From positions 62-64,061 of the forward strand of contig JBGQFX010000014.1 of NCBI GenBank assembly GCA_041497135.1: a stretch of 64,000 nucleotides of DNA, read 5' to 3'. Source of the DNA: Gemmatimonadota bacterium. Lineage in GTDB: Bacteria > Gemmatimonadota > Gemmatimonadetes > Gemmatimonadales > GWC2-71-9. This document shows, piece by piece, positions 1-8,400 of the stretch. Below the pieces are notes generated by a model. It ran no database searches and was not told the origin of the DNA. It saw nothing but the letters and a program-made list of their open reading frames with translations. The number at the start of each line of letters is the position of its first letter. Position 1 is the stretch's first letter. The position numbers and the translations under genes were made by a program.

Positions 1-80
1 CCAACATGATCCGCTAAACGTGGCAAAAGCGGCGTGGGCGGTCCGCCACCCGGTCCGGGTTTCCGATGATTTGGCGGCAG

Positions 81-96
81 TAGTTGGAACGGCACT
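81..96. repeat. terminal-repeat copy TAGTTGGAACGGCACT (3' end type)
   Basis: 16 nt identical to 49221-49236. The upstream GGCGGCAG resembles the sub-terminal GGCGCACG of the 83-bp element. It overlaps the first base of the haloperoxidase-like gene's stop codon. Confidence 0.7.
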
Positions 97-1523
97 CATC
101 GAGCCGGCATCGCCCGGGTGTGGAGCCGCTCCAGCACCATCCGGCCGACACAGCGCCCGAGCGCCTTGCCGTTCTCGTTCCCCATGGGGAAATGGATGCC
201 GCCGTACAGGCGGGACTGGGCGGCCTCATCGGCCGCTTCCTGGAACGACCCGAACCGGCGGACGGGGTGCCCGAACGCCAGGTTGGTGCTGTCCTCGAAG
301 GCCACTGGCCCGAGTAGCGCGGTGAGCACCGTGGCGGCCGCGGCGGACTGGCCCGAGTGGCCCGCCGGATACTCCGGGAACGGCGGGGTGACGATCGCGG
401 GCGTCCAGGTTGGATCGATGTAGCGCCGGATGTAGGTTACCGGCCGGATCGAGCTCAACCGGTACTTCTCGTGCCAGATCGCGATGAAGGCGTCGGCCTG
501 GGCGAGCGTCACGAGCACGAACGTCTCGGCGGCCTGGTCCGCGGAGAGCCGGCGCTGGGTCACGAGCTGGCTCCCGATGGCCAGCCAGTGGCCCACCGGT
601 GTGCCGGTCTGCCCAGGGTTGTCCGCCCAGTAAAGCACGGTTTGGCGCTGCTCCTCGGTCAGGGCGCGACCCACGTCGTACACCCGCTTCGCCTCGGCGT
701 AGAACGCTGACCCCGGGGACGTAGACCAGGGGGCTGGGGGTGGCGTCGGGCACTCGTCCGCGGACCGGAGTGCGAAGGGGCGCAGCGTGCCCCACCACGG
801 CTCCGTGGCCCCGGTGGGGTTGACCGCCTTCAGGGTGCGGGTATCCGCGGGCTTGGGACGGGTGAGCGCCAGGGCCCGCTCGCTAGCCTCGCCGCCCCGG
901 AGCGTCGCCGCGGGGTTGCCGAGCGCCACGTAGTCACGGACCGCGGAGAGGTTTTGGGCCGTGTATTCGTTCACCCGGGAGTCGTTGATCCAAAACTGAG
1001 GCCCAGCGGGGGGGTGAAAGGGTTTCGTGCGGGTCTCGTTGAAGCCGTCACGAGCGGCCCAGGCCAGGATGGCGGTCCCGATGCGCTTGCCCAGGTCCCG
1101 TGAGTCGGCCGGCACCGCGTCGGGGATCCCGCTGGCGAGGCGAGCGGCCTCCAGGGAATCCGACAGAGCGGCCAGTGCGGCTCGTGTGGCCGGCAGTCCC
1201 TCGACGAAGACAGAGTCAAGCACGGCGCGCTCAGCGGCCAGGGCTACGAGGATCGGATCGTAGCGCTTGTCCGGGTCCGGGCGGGGAAGCGAATCGAGCC
1301 CGTTCAGCTGGCCGGCGAGCGAAACGAGTTTCGGCGATCCGATGGCCAGGCCCTCATAGAGTCCAACGGCCGCGTAGGCAAGGACGCGCGAGGCCACCGG
1401 GGGAGAAATCCGCTCGGCGCGAATGAGGCCGTAGTAGTTCCGCATCCACTCCGCCACGAACTGCGGATCGGCTGGGGGGATGGGTCGCGCGCAGGCGGCC
1501 GAAGCGAGGAGCGCCGCGGCCAT
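96..1523 (-). CDS. PAP2-superfamily / vanadium-haloperoxidase-like protein, probably exported
   Basis: 475-aa ORF with ATG at 1523. N-terminal MAAALLASAACA looks like a signal/lipobox. C-terminal PEYPAGHSG ... SRLYGGIHF motifs resemble the PAP2/haloperoxidase active site. Antisense ORFs are Arg/Pro-rich shadows. Confidence 0.6.
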   Translation of the reverse strand: MAAALLASAACARPIPPADPQFVAEWMRNYYGLIRAERISPPVASRVLAYAAVGLYEGLAIGSPKLVSLAGQLNGLDSLPRPDPDKRYDPILVALAAERAVLDSVFVEGLPATRAALAALSDSLEAARLASGIPDAVPADSRDLGKRIGTAILAWAARDGFNETRTKPFHPPAGPQFWINDSRVNEYTAQNLSAVRDYVALGNPAATLRGGEASERALALTRPKPADTRTLKAVNPTGATEPWWGTLRPFALRSADECPTPPPAPWSTSPGSAFYAEAKRVYDVGRALTEEQRQTVLYWADNPGQTGTPVGHWLAIGSQLVTQRRLSADQAAETFVLVTLAQADAFIAIWHEKYRLSSIRPVTYIRRYIDPTWTPAIVTPPFPEYPAGHSGQSAAAATVLTALLGPVAFEDSTNLAFGHPVRRFGSFQEAADEAAQSRLYGGIHFPMGNENGKALGRCVGRMVLERLHTRAMPAR

Positions 1524-1685
1524 GAGGGCGCGTGCGTGACGGCGTATAATGAGGGTTTCCTTTGTTCAGGAGTCAATCAGGTCTCAGCTCGACGGTGCTC
1601 GCCTCGCGGCCTCTCATATAAGGGCTCGACGGGATGCTCGTCAAGCGAACCCGCGACCGGCGAATCCGTGTAACTTTCCGCTCCG

Positions 1686-2483
1686 ATGGCGCCCCTCATT
1701 GCGACTCTGCTGCTCGCCCAGATTTCCGGGCTGCAGATTCCGCCACCCCGCGGGTACGTCAACGATTTCGCTGGAGTGATCGACGCGGCGGCCGCCGTGC
1801 GGATGGACTCGCTGATTCAACGGGTGCGGACGCTGACCCGGGGCGACATCGCCGTCGTCACGCTGTCCGACCTCGAGGGTCGCGAGGCCGGCGATGTCGC
1901 GCTGCAAATCGGGCGGCAATGGAGGGTGGGCGGCACGGGGGAGGCCGGAGATCCGACGCGGAATCTGGGCGTGGTGATTCTGGTGGTCCCGCGCAAGAAC
2001 CACCAGCCCGGCAGCGGCGCCGTGTTCATCGCCACGGGGAAGGGCGCCGAGGGGTTTCTGCCCGACGCGCGCGTGGGACGGATCCGCGATGCGATGATCC
2101 CCGCGCTGGCCCGTGAGGACTATGGCGAGGCGTTGGAGACGGGCGTCGGGCTGATTGCGCAGGCGTTCGCTGACGAATTCCACGTGTCGCTGGGCGTGCC
2201 CGTGGCTCAGCCTGCCCCGGAGATGCCCACCGTCCGGATCCCGGGGATCGCCAAATTCATCGTCTTCATCCTGATCCTGATCCTGTTCAGCGCCATCAGA
2301 CGAGCGGCCCGCGGCGGACGGCGACGTGGTGGTGGCTGGTGGTGGCCGGGCGGGGGTGGCGGATGGACGTCGGGCGGGTTCGGTGGGTGGGGGGGCCGTG
2401 GTGGTGGAGGTTTCGGCGGCGGGTTCGGCGGATTTGGCGGCGGCGGCGGATTTTCCGGTGGTGGAGCCGGGGGGCGTTTCTAA
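1686..2483 (+). CDS. TPM-domain protein (YgcG-like) with Gly/Trp-rich C-terminal tail
   Basis: 265-aa ORF. Signal-like N-terminus, then PPPRGYVNDFAGVID (typical TPM-domain opening), a central TM segment FIVFILILILF and a GGGGWWWPGGGG...GFGG tail. Confidence 0.75.
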   Translation: MAPLIATLLLAQISGLQIPPPRGYVNDFAGVIDAAAAVRMDSLIQRVRTLTRGDIAVVTLSDLEGREAGDVALQIGRQWRVGGTGEAGDPTRNLGVVILVVPRKNHQPGSGAVFIATGKGAEGFLPDARVGRIRDAMIPALAREDYGEALETGVGLIAQAFADEFHVSLGVPVAQPAPEMPTVRIPGIAKFIVFILILILFSAIRRAARGGRRRGGGWWWPGGGGGWTSGGFGGWGGRGGGGFGGGFGGFGGGGGFSGGGAGGRF

Positions 2484-3193
2484 TGGCCGCGATTCAATCG
2501 GCGGACGCATTCGGACAGCAGGTGGCGGCGGCGCTGGGTGGCCGTCTCGTCTCGCTGCTCGTCTACGGCTCCGCAGCGCGTGCGGGTCCGGAGCCCCTTC
2601 GGGCGTCGATCAATACGCTGCTTATCGCCGATGGTGTGGACGAACGCCTGTTCACGGCGCTCGCGCCGGTGGTCGCGGACTGGGAGCGCGGCGGGCATCC
2701 GCCGCCGATCATCCTGTCCGAGTCCGAGTGGCACGCGTCGGCGGACGCATTCGCGATCGAATATGAGGACATTCGCGCAGCGCACCGTGTGGTCGCCGGC
2801 CGCAATCCCTGGGGTGGGGTCACGGTCGCCCGGGAGGACGTCCAGCGCCAGCTCGAGCACGAGCTCGTCGGGAAGCTGGTGCGGCTGCGGCAGGGGTACG
2901 TCGGCTTGCTCGAAGACGGCAAAGGACTGACACAGCTGGTGACGGCGAGCGCGTCCGGTTTCCTGACCATGCTGCGGACCACGCTGCGGCTCGCGGGCAC
3001 GCCGGTCCCCGATGCCCCGGCTGAGGTCGTGCTCGCGGCCGCCGCCGTGATCGGCTTTCCGGCGCGCGACCTGGCCGACGTGGTGGCCCACGTCGAGGGA
3101 CGGGCGGCGTTGCAGCTGCAGCGCCACGACCCCCGGGCGGCGGCCTACCTGGAAGCGGTCGCGCGAACGGCCGACTACGTGAACCGATCCTAA
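2483..3193 (+). CDS. hypothetical protein with nucleotidyltransferase-fold-like N-terminus
   Basis: ATG at 2483 overlaps the TPM stop (TAATG). LLVYGSAARAG resembles the hhGSxxxG loop of Pol-beta-fold nucleotidyltransferases; the remainder is helical. The 2339-2482 part of the tracked ORF is a shadow of the Gly-rich tail. Confidence 0.45.
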   Translation: MAAIQSADAFGQQVAAALGGRLVSLLVYGSAARAGPEPLRASINTLLIADGVDERLFTALAPVVADWERGGHPPPIILSESEWHASADAFAIEYEDIRAAHRVVAGRNPWGGVTVAREDVQRQLEHELVGKLVRLRQGYVGLLEDGKGLTQLVTASASGFLTMLRTTLRLAGTPVPDAPAEVVLAAAAVIGFPARDLADVVAHVEGRAALQLQRHDPRAAAYLEAVARTADYVNRS

Positions 3194-3265
3194 CTCATCC
3201 CCAGACCCCGTCTCCGGTTTCACGGAGAGGGGGAACTCCAAGCGATCGAAAGGAGCTCGAGTTCT

Positions 3266-3823
3266 GTGCGTGCAAGGCGAAGCTGGATCCCGGCGCTGGT
3301 GCTGGTCGCGGCCGGCTGCGGCTACAACACCATTCAGACCTACGACGAGCAGGTGAACGCGGCCTTTTCCCAGATCAAGGTGCAGCTGCAGCGCCGCGCC
3401 GATCTGATTCCCAACCTGGTCGCGACGGTGCAGGGCTACGCCAAGCAGGAGCGGGACATTTTCACGGCGGTGGCCGACGCCCGCGCCCGGCTCAACGGGG
3501 CGATCCAGGCGGGCGATCCCCAGCAGATGGCCGACGCCAACCAGGCCCTGAACGCGCCGCTCGGCCGGCTGCTCGCCATCGTGGAGAACTACCCGCAGCT
3601 CAAGTCGAGTGAGAACTTCCGCGCGTTGCAGGACGAGCTGGCGGGCACGGAGAATCGCATCGCGGTTTCGCGGCAGGATTACAACGATGCGGTGAACCGC
3701 TACAACGCCTACATCCGGCGGTTTCCCCAGGTGCTGACGGCCAAGGTGATCGGGGCGAAAGCGCGAACCTACTTCCAGGAGCGGGCGGGGGCGGATACGG
3801 CGCCGACGGTCAAATTCAACTAA
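3266..3823 (+). CDS. LemA family protein
   Basis: 185 aa with GTG start. Lipoprotein-like LVAAGCGY. YDEQVNAAFSQIKVQLQRRADLIPNLV and ENFRALQDELAGTENRIAVSRQDYNDAV are LemA-family signatures. Confidence 0.85.
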   Translation: MRARRSWIPALVLVAAGCGYNTIQTYDEQVNAAFSQIKVQLQRRADLIPNLVATVQGYAKQERDIFTAVADARARLNGAIQAGDPQQMADANQALNAPLGRLLAIVENYPQLKSSENFRALQDELAGTENRIAVSRQDYNDAVNRYNAYIRRFPQVLTAKVIGAKARTYFQERAGADTAPTVKFN

Positions 3824-3835
3824 TGGAAGAAATAA

Positions 3836-3866
3836 AGAGCGGGACCCGGGATCCGGGTCCCGCTCT
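3836..3866. terminator. bidirectional intrinsic terminator hairpin between LemA and the M23 peptidase gene
   Basis: Perfect 14-bp stem AGAGCGGGACCCGG / CCGGGTCCCGCTCT with a 3-nt loop. On the minus strand it is followed by TTTATTTCTTCC. It lies between convergent gene ends. Confidence 0.6.
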
Positions 3867-3878
3867 CCTTCCCTTTCG

Positions 3879-4859
3879 CTAGTCTACGATCGCGTCCGGC
3901 ATCACGTAGCGAATCGGGTTGACCGGCTTCCCGTTCACCCACACTTCGTAGTGGAGATGCGGTCCCGTGGATAGCCCGGTCGAGCCGACCAGCGCGATCT
4001 TCTGCCCGCGTTTCACCCGCGCGCCGCGCCCCACCATGATCTTGGAGCAGTGCGCGAAGCGCGTGACGACGCCGAAGCCGTGGTCGATGGTGAGCGTGTT
4101 CCCGTACCCGTCCTCCCAGCGGACTTCGGTCACGATACCGGCGGCGGGGGCTTCGATTTCCGCGCCCATGGGCGCGGACACGTCGATGCCCTCGTGTGGC
4201 CGGGCCATGTGCAGAATCGGGTGCACACGCTCCGCGGCGAAGGCGCTCGTGAGCCAGCCCTTGGTGGGCATGATGGAGGGCGTCGCGGCCATGCGCGCCT
4301 GATGCGAGGACATCGAGTCGAAGGCTTCGTTGACCGAGCGGACCAGGATATTGGCGCGGCGGATCAGCCCGTCGACATCGGTGCGCGCGGCCAACGCCAG
4401 CGCGCCGGCCCGTCCCGATGTTGAGAGACTGTCGCGCTCGGACCACGCTCCGGCCGGCCCACCGATGCCCGCCTGCGCGACGCCGGAATCGGTCGCGGCG
4501 AGACCGGCGAGCACCTGCAGCTCCTGCGCCCGGGTGCTGAACGCCGACAGCGTGTCGTGCAATCCGGCGAGCCGTGAGCGCATGCGCTGAATCTCGTCGG
4601 CGAGCAGTCGGTTCTCGCGCTCGAGCATGCGGCTGCGGGTAATCGTGACGCCGCGCGACAATGCCGCGCCACCCAACACGAGCAGCAGCAGCACCAGCAC
4701 GCTCCCGATTCCCACGAACGTCTTGAGAACGGCCTGCGACACCTCCACGGCCCGGGACGAGCCAGAGCCATGGGGCACCACCATGACAGTCCACTTGCGA
4801 TCCGAACTACGCCGCATCCCGTTATTCCGCCCGAACATCAGGCCGTTGAGGGATGCCAA
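3879..4859 (-). CDS. M23 family metallopeptidase (EnvC/NlpD-like, membrane anchored, coiled-coil N-terminal half)
   Basis: 326 aa. TM segment FVGIGSVLVLLLLVLGG, a coiled-coil region, then HEGIDVSAP ... GSTGLSTGPHLHYEV, the HxxxD / HxH LytM-type zinc motifs. Confidence 0.85.
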   Translation of the reverse strand: MASLNGLMFGRNNGMRRSSDRKWTVMVVPHGSGSSRAVEVSQAVLKTFVGIGSVLVLLLLVLGGAALSRGVTITRSRMLERENRLLADEIQRMRSRLAGLHDTLSAFSTRAQELQVLAGLAATDSGVAQAGIGGPAGAWSERDSLSTSGRAGALALAARTDVDGLIRRANILVRSVNEAFDSMSSHQARMAATPSIMPTKGWLTSAFAAERVHPILHMARPHEGIDVSAPMGAEIEAPAAGIVTEVRWEDGYGNTLTIDHGFGVVTRFAHCSKIMVGRGARVKRGQKIALVGSTGLSTGPHLHYEVWVNGKPVNPIRYVMPDAIVD

Positions 4860-4954
4860 ACATAGGCCTCGACCCCCATAGCGTCAACGCGCCAGCGCGT
4901 GAGCCATGTCACAGGAGTCCAGGTCGCATGCGTAGCTCGGCCTGGAGGGCGGCT

Positions 4955-6526
4955 TTAGGTCTTAGGAAAAAGGGGGGGCGGTTTCTGGACGACCCATCCG
5001 GCGGGGTCCAGGTCCGTCACATTGGCGAATCGGATCGCGCCGAGCGCCCGCCCGGTGCCGAGGGCGTCCCACAGCAGATTCGCCTTTTCCGGCATGAACG
5101 GCGCCGCGATCACGGCGAGGCGAGCGACCGTCCGGGTCAGGTTGGCCAGCACGGTGTCGAGTTCCGCGGGGCGGCCTTCCTTGGACAATGTCCACGGCGT
5201 CGTTTCCTGGACGTAGCGGTTGGCTCGGGCCGCGAGCGTCACGATGGCGGCGGCCCCGTCCTCGAGCGCCAGCGCGTCCATCGCCCGCGCGTACGCCTCC
5301 ACCGCGCTCCGGGCGTCGTTCTCGAGCGGGCCCGCGAAATTGCCGGGGTCGCGGGGGACGACCCCGTCACGGTACCGCTGCACCATGGCCAACACCCGCG
5401 ACGCCAGGTTGCCGAAGGTGTCGGCCAGATCGGCGGTGTAGCGCGCGTCGAAGCGTTCCCAGGTGAAATTGCCGTCGTTCTCAAAGCCGATTTCCCGCAG
5501 CAGGAAGTAGCGCAGCGCATCGGCGCCGTGCCGCTCGATGGCGCCGTCCAGGCTCACCGCGGTCCCGGCGGTCTTGCTCATCTTCGCACCGCCCCATTGT
5601 ACGTACCCGTGTGCCCAGACGCGGCGCGGCAGCGGCACGTCGGCGGCCATCAGCATCGCCGGCCAGATCACACAATGAAATCGCGTGATCCCCTTGCCGA
5701 TGATGTGGACGTCGGCCGGCCACAGGCGTTCGTAGCCCGCCTCGGGGAAACCGGTTGCGGAGAGGTAGTTGATCAAGGCGTCGATCCAGACGTACACGGT
5801 CTGTTGGGAATCGCCGGGATAAGGGATGCCCCACGACTGACGCTGGCGGGAGATCGAGATGTCCTGCAACCCGCTCTCGAGCAAACGCACCACTTCGTTC
5901 CGGCGGATGGCCGGCTCGACGGCAAAGCGGCCGCTTGTCAGGAGCTCGAGCAGCCGGTCGCGGTAGGTGCTCAACCGGAAGAAATGATTCTTCTCCCGCG
6001 TCGGCACCAGCGTGAGGGTGGGATGCTCGATGCAGTGTCCATCCGCGATCTGGGACTCCTGCTTGAATTCCTCACAGCCGGTGCAGTACAGGCCCTCGTA
6101 TTCCGCTTCGAACAGATCATCGGGGCGGCGTCGCTGAATGCATTCGAGCAGTGCGGTGACGGCGCGCGCGTGTCGAGGCTCGGTGGTACGGATCCAGTCG
6201 TCGTGGCTGCAGTTCAGCCGGCGCCAGAACGTGGCGAACGTGTCGGCCATCCGGTCCACCCACCCCTGCGGAGTGACCCCCGTGTTGGCGGCGGCCTGGA
6301 TGACGGATTGCGCGTGCTCGTCCATGCCCATGAGGAAATGGACGTCGTCGCCGCGCAGGCGCCGCCAGCGCGCCAGACAGTCGGCGCCGACCTTTTCGAG
6401 CGCGTGGCCCAGGTGCGGATCACCGTTGGAATAGTCAATCGCCGTCGTGAGGTAGAACTTAGGCACCGGCGGGCGGTCCCCCGTCGCGCGGGCGCTTGCG
6501 CCGGCGTCGACCGCGCCGCCCGCCAC
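4955..6526 (-). CDS. metG: methionine--tRNA ligase
   Basis: KFYLTTAIDYSNGDPHLGH (HIGH motif), KMSKT (KMSKS motif) and class I fold similarity throughout. Start uncertain: ATG at 6526 overlaps the upstream gene by 68 nt, and an alternative GTG at 6466 lies just before VPKFYL. Confidence 0.9.
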   Translation of the reverse strand: MAGGAVDAGASARATGDRPPVPKFYLTTAIDYSNGDPHLGHALEKVGADCLARWRRLRGDDVHFLMGMDEHAQSVIQAAANTGVTPQGWVDRMADTFATFWRRLNCSHDDWIRTTEPRHARAVTALLECIQRRRPDDLFEAEYEGLYCTGCEEFKQESQIADGHCIEHPTLTLVPTREKNHFFRLSTYRDRLLELLTSGRFAVEPAIRRNEVVRLLESGLQDISISRQRQSWGIPYPGDSQQTVYVWIDALINYLSATGFPEAGYERLWPADVHIIGKGITRFHCVIWPAMLMAADVPLPRRVWAHGYVQWGGAKMSKTAGTAVSLDGAIERHGADALRYFLLREIGFENDGNFTWERFDARYTADLADTFGNLASRVLAMVQRYRDGVVPRDPGNFAGPLENDARSAVEAYARAMDALALEDGAAAIVTLAARANRYVQETTPWTLSKEGRPAELDTVLANLTRTVARLAVIAAPFMPEKANLLWDALGTGRALGAIRFANVTDLDPAGWVVQKPPPLFPKT

Positions 6527-7448
6527 TGGTCGCGGGAGCCGCTGTGGTCGACGGCGCCGGGCTGGGCGGCGAAGGCGGTGGGGCGGGTGCGGCTGGCTCG
6601 CTGCCCGACCCCTGGAGCTCCTGCTCCAGATGGGCGAGCTCCACCACCCGCGTACCGTGCTCTTCGGAGCGCAGTGTGACGCGGTCCCGGAAGATGTCGA
6701 TCGCCAGCACCTGCTCCTGACCCACCGACGTCTGTAGCACCTTGCCTTCCTTGGGGAAGCGCCGGCGGCTCTGGACGTAGAAGTCGTGCTCGTAGTGCAG
6801 GCAGCAGAGCAGTCGGCCGCACGGTCCCGAGATCTGCGACGGGTTGAGCGACAGGTGCTGATCCTTGGCGACCGACAGATTCACCGGACGCAGCTCGGGG
6901 AGCCAGCTCGCGCTGCAATACTCTCGGCCGCAGCGGCCGATGCCGGAGAGGCGGCGCGCTTCGTCACGCGCACCGATCTGTCGCAGCTCGATGCGGGTAC
7001 GGAACACCGCCGCGAGATCACGTACCAGAGCGCGAAAATCGACACGCTGCTCCGCCGTGAAATAGAGGGTGAGCTTGCGGCGGTCCCACTGCCACTCCGC
7101 GTCGGTGATTTTCATGGCGAGCTGATGCGACCGGACCCGATCGCGGGCCGTGCGTCGTGCCTCTTCTTCATCGCGGCGCAGGCGCTCGGCCTGCCGCACG
7201 TCGTCGCCCGTGGCGCGGCGCAGCACCCGCCGCTCCACGGTCTTCCCCGCCTCGGCCACGGCGCAGCCCCCGCAGCCCCGCGCGCACTTCTTGAGCGCGG
7301 GGTCGCCCACGGCCGAGACGCGGCCCAGGTCCTGGCCGCGCTCCACCTCTACGATGACCGGGTCGCGGAGCGTGAGCGGCTCGGCGGACGACCAGTTGAA
7401 ATACTCCAGCCGGTTGCCTTTGAAGCGAACCTCGACGACCGCCGTCAC
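6459..7448 (-). CDS. PSP1 domain protein (RicT/YaaT-like) with Pro/Ala/Ser/Arg-rich C-terminal tail
   Basis: 329 aa. VVEVRFKGNRLEYF ... VIVEVERGQDLG ... the Cys-rich part CGREYCSASWL..CGRLLCCLHYE is typical of PSP1 C-terminal domain proteins. Lies downstream of accA, with a 1-nt gap between the accA stop (7450) and its start (7448). Confidence 0.8.
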   Translation of the reverse strand: MTAVVEVRFKGNRLEYFNWSSAEPLTLRDPVIVEVERGQDLGRVSAVGDPALKKCARGCGGCAVAEAGKTVERRVLRRATGDDVRQAERLRRDEEEARRTARDRVRSHQLAMKITDAEWQWDRRKLTLYFTAEQRVDFRALVRDLAAVFRTRIELRQIGARDEARRLSGIGRCGREYCSASWLPELRPVNLSVAKDQHLSLNPSQISGPCGRLLCCLHYEHDFYVQSRRRFPKEGKVLQTSVGQEQVLAIDIFRDRVTLRSEEHGTRVVELAHLEQELQGSGSEPAAPAPPPSPPSPAPSTTAAPATSGGRRGRRRRKRPRDGGPPAGA

Positions 7449-7449
7449 A

Positions 7450-8397
7450 TCAGCGCTCGCTCAACGCGCCCATCGAGAGGTACTTCTCCTCCCGACGTTT
7501 CAGCAGCTTGTCGATCTTCACTCGACGCAGCTCGCGCAGATGACGGCGCAGGGCTTCTCCTAGCGCTGCGGCGCACGCTTCGGGGTCGGCGTGAGCGCCG
7601 CCTGCCGGCTCGGGGATGATCTCGTCGATGATCTTCAAACGCAGCAGGTCCTGGGCGGTCAGCTTCAGCGCCTCGGCGGCCCGTTCGCGTTGACTGGCGT
7701 CCCGCCACAGGATCGCGGCGCACCCCTCGGGCGTGATCACCGAGTACACCGAGTTCTCCAGCATCAACACCCGGTCGGCCAGGCCGACCGCGAGCGCCCC
7801 GCCGGATCCCCCTTCGCCGATGACCGCGGCGATCGTCGGCGTGCGCAGCGACGCCATGACCAGCAAGTTGCGCGCGATCGCCTCGGCCTGGCCGCGCTCT
7901 TCGGCCTCGAGCCCCGGGTAGGCGCCGGGCGTGTCGACGAGCGTGATCACAGGGGCGTGGAATTTCGCGGCCAGCTCCATCAGCCGAAGGGCTTTGCGGT
8001 ACCCCTCGGGGTGCGCCATCCCGAAGTTGCGCTTCAGGTTTTCCTTCGTATCGCGGCCCTTCTGGTGTCCGATCACCATCACCGAGGCGCCGGCGAGCCG
8101 CGCCCAGCCCCCGACGATCGCCGGGTCGTCACGGAACAAGCGGTCGCCATGCAGCTCGACGAAATCGGAGAAGACGGTGCGGAGGTAGTCCAGGGTGTAG
8201 GGCCGGCGCGGATGCCGGGCGACCTGCACCCGCTGCATCGGCGTCAGGTTCCGATAAATTTCGGCGCGTAGCTCCGCCAGCTGCCGTTCGAGCGGACCCG
8301 TGTCGGCCGCTTGATCCCCGGCGCCGCGTTTCAGCTCCTCGATCTGCTTCTCGATCTCGAGCAAGGGCCGCTCGAAATCGAGCGTATGGGTCGCCAT
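7450..8397 (-). CDS. accA: acetyl-CoA carboxylase carboxyltransferase subunit alpha
   Basis: 315 aa with full-length resemblance: [17 protein letters not shown] ... [12 protein letters not shown] ... [31 protein letters not shown] ... [10 protein letters not shown]. Confidence 0.95.
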   Translation of the reverse strand: MATHTLDFERPLLEIEKQIEELKRGAGDQAADTGPLERQLAELRAEIYRNLTPMQRVQVARHPRRPYTLDYLRTVFSDFVELHGDRLFRDDPAIVGGWARLAGASVMVIGHQKGRDTKENLKRNFGMAHPEGYRKALRLMELAAKFHAPVITLVDTPGAYPGLEAEERGQAEAIARNLLVMASLRTPTIAAVIGEGGSGGALAVGLADRVLMLENSVYSVITPEGCAAILWRDASQRERAAEALKLTAQDLLRLKIIDEIIPEPAGGAHADPEACAAALGEALRRHLRELRRVKIDKLLKRREEKYLSMGALSER

Positions 8398-8400
8398 CCG

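Noticed and set aside
1545-1550. Perfect TATAAT hexamer in the divergent region between the haloperoxidase-like and TPM genes
   Set aside because: No acceptable -35 element at 16-19 nt, and it lies 135 nt from the TPM start. The evidence is too weak to call a promoter.
2290-2480. GGC/GGT-rich quasi-repetitive DNA that looks like a microsatellite
   Set aside because: It is the coding sequence for the Gly/Trp-rich C-terminal tail that is normal for TPM (YgcG-like) proteins. There is no fixed repeat unit.
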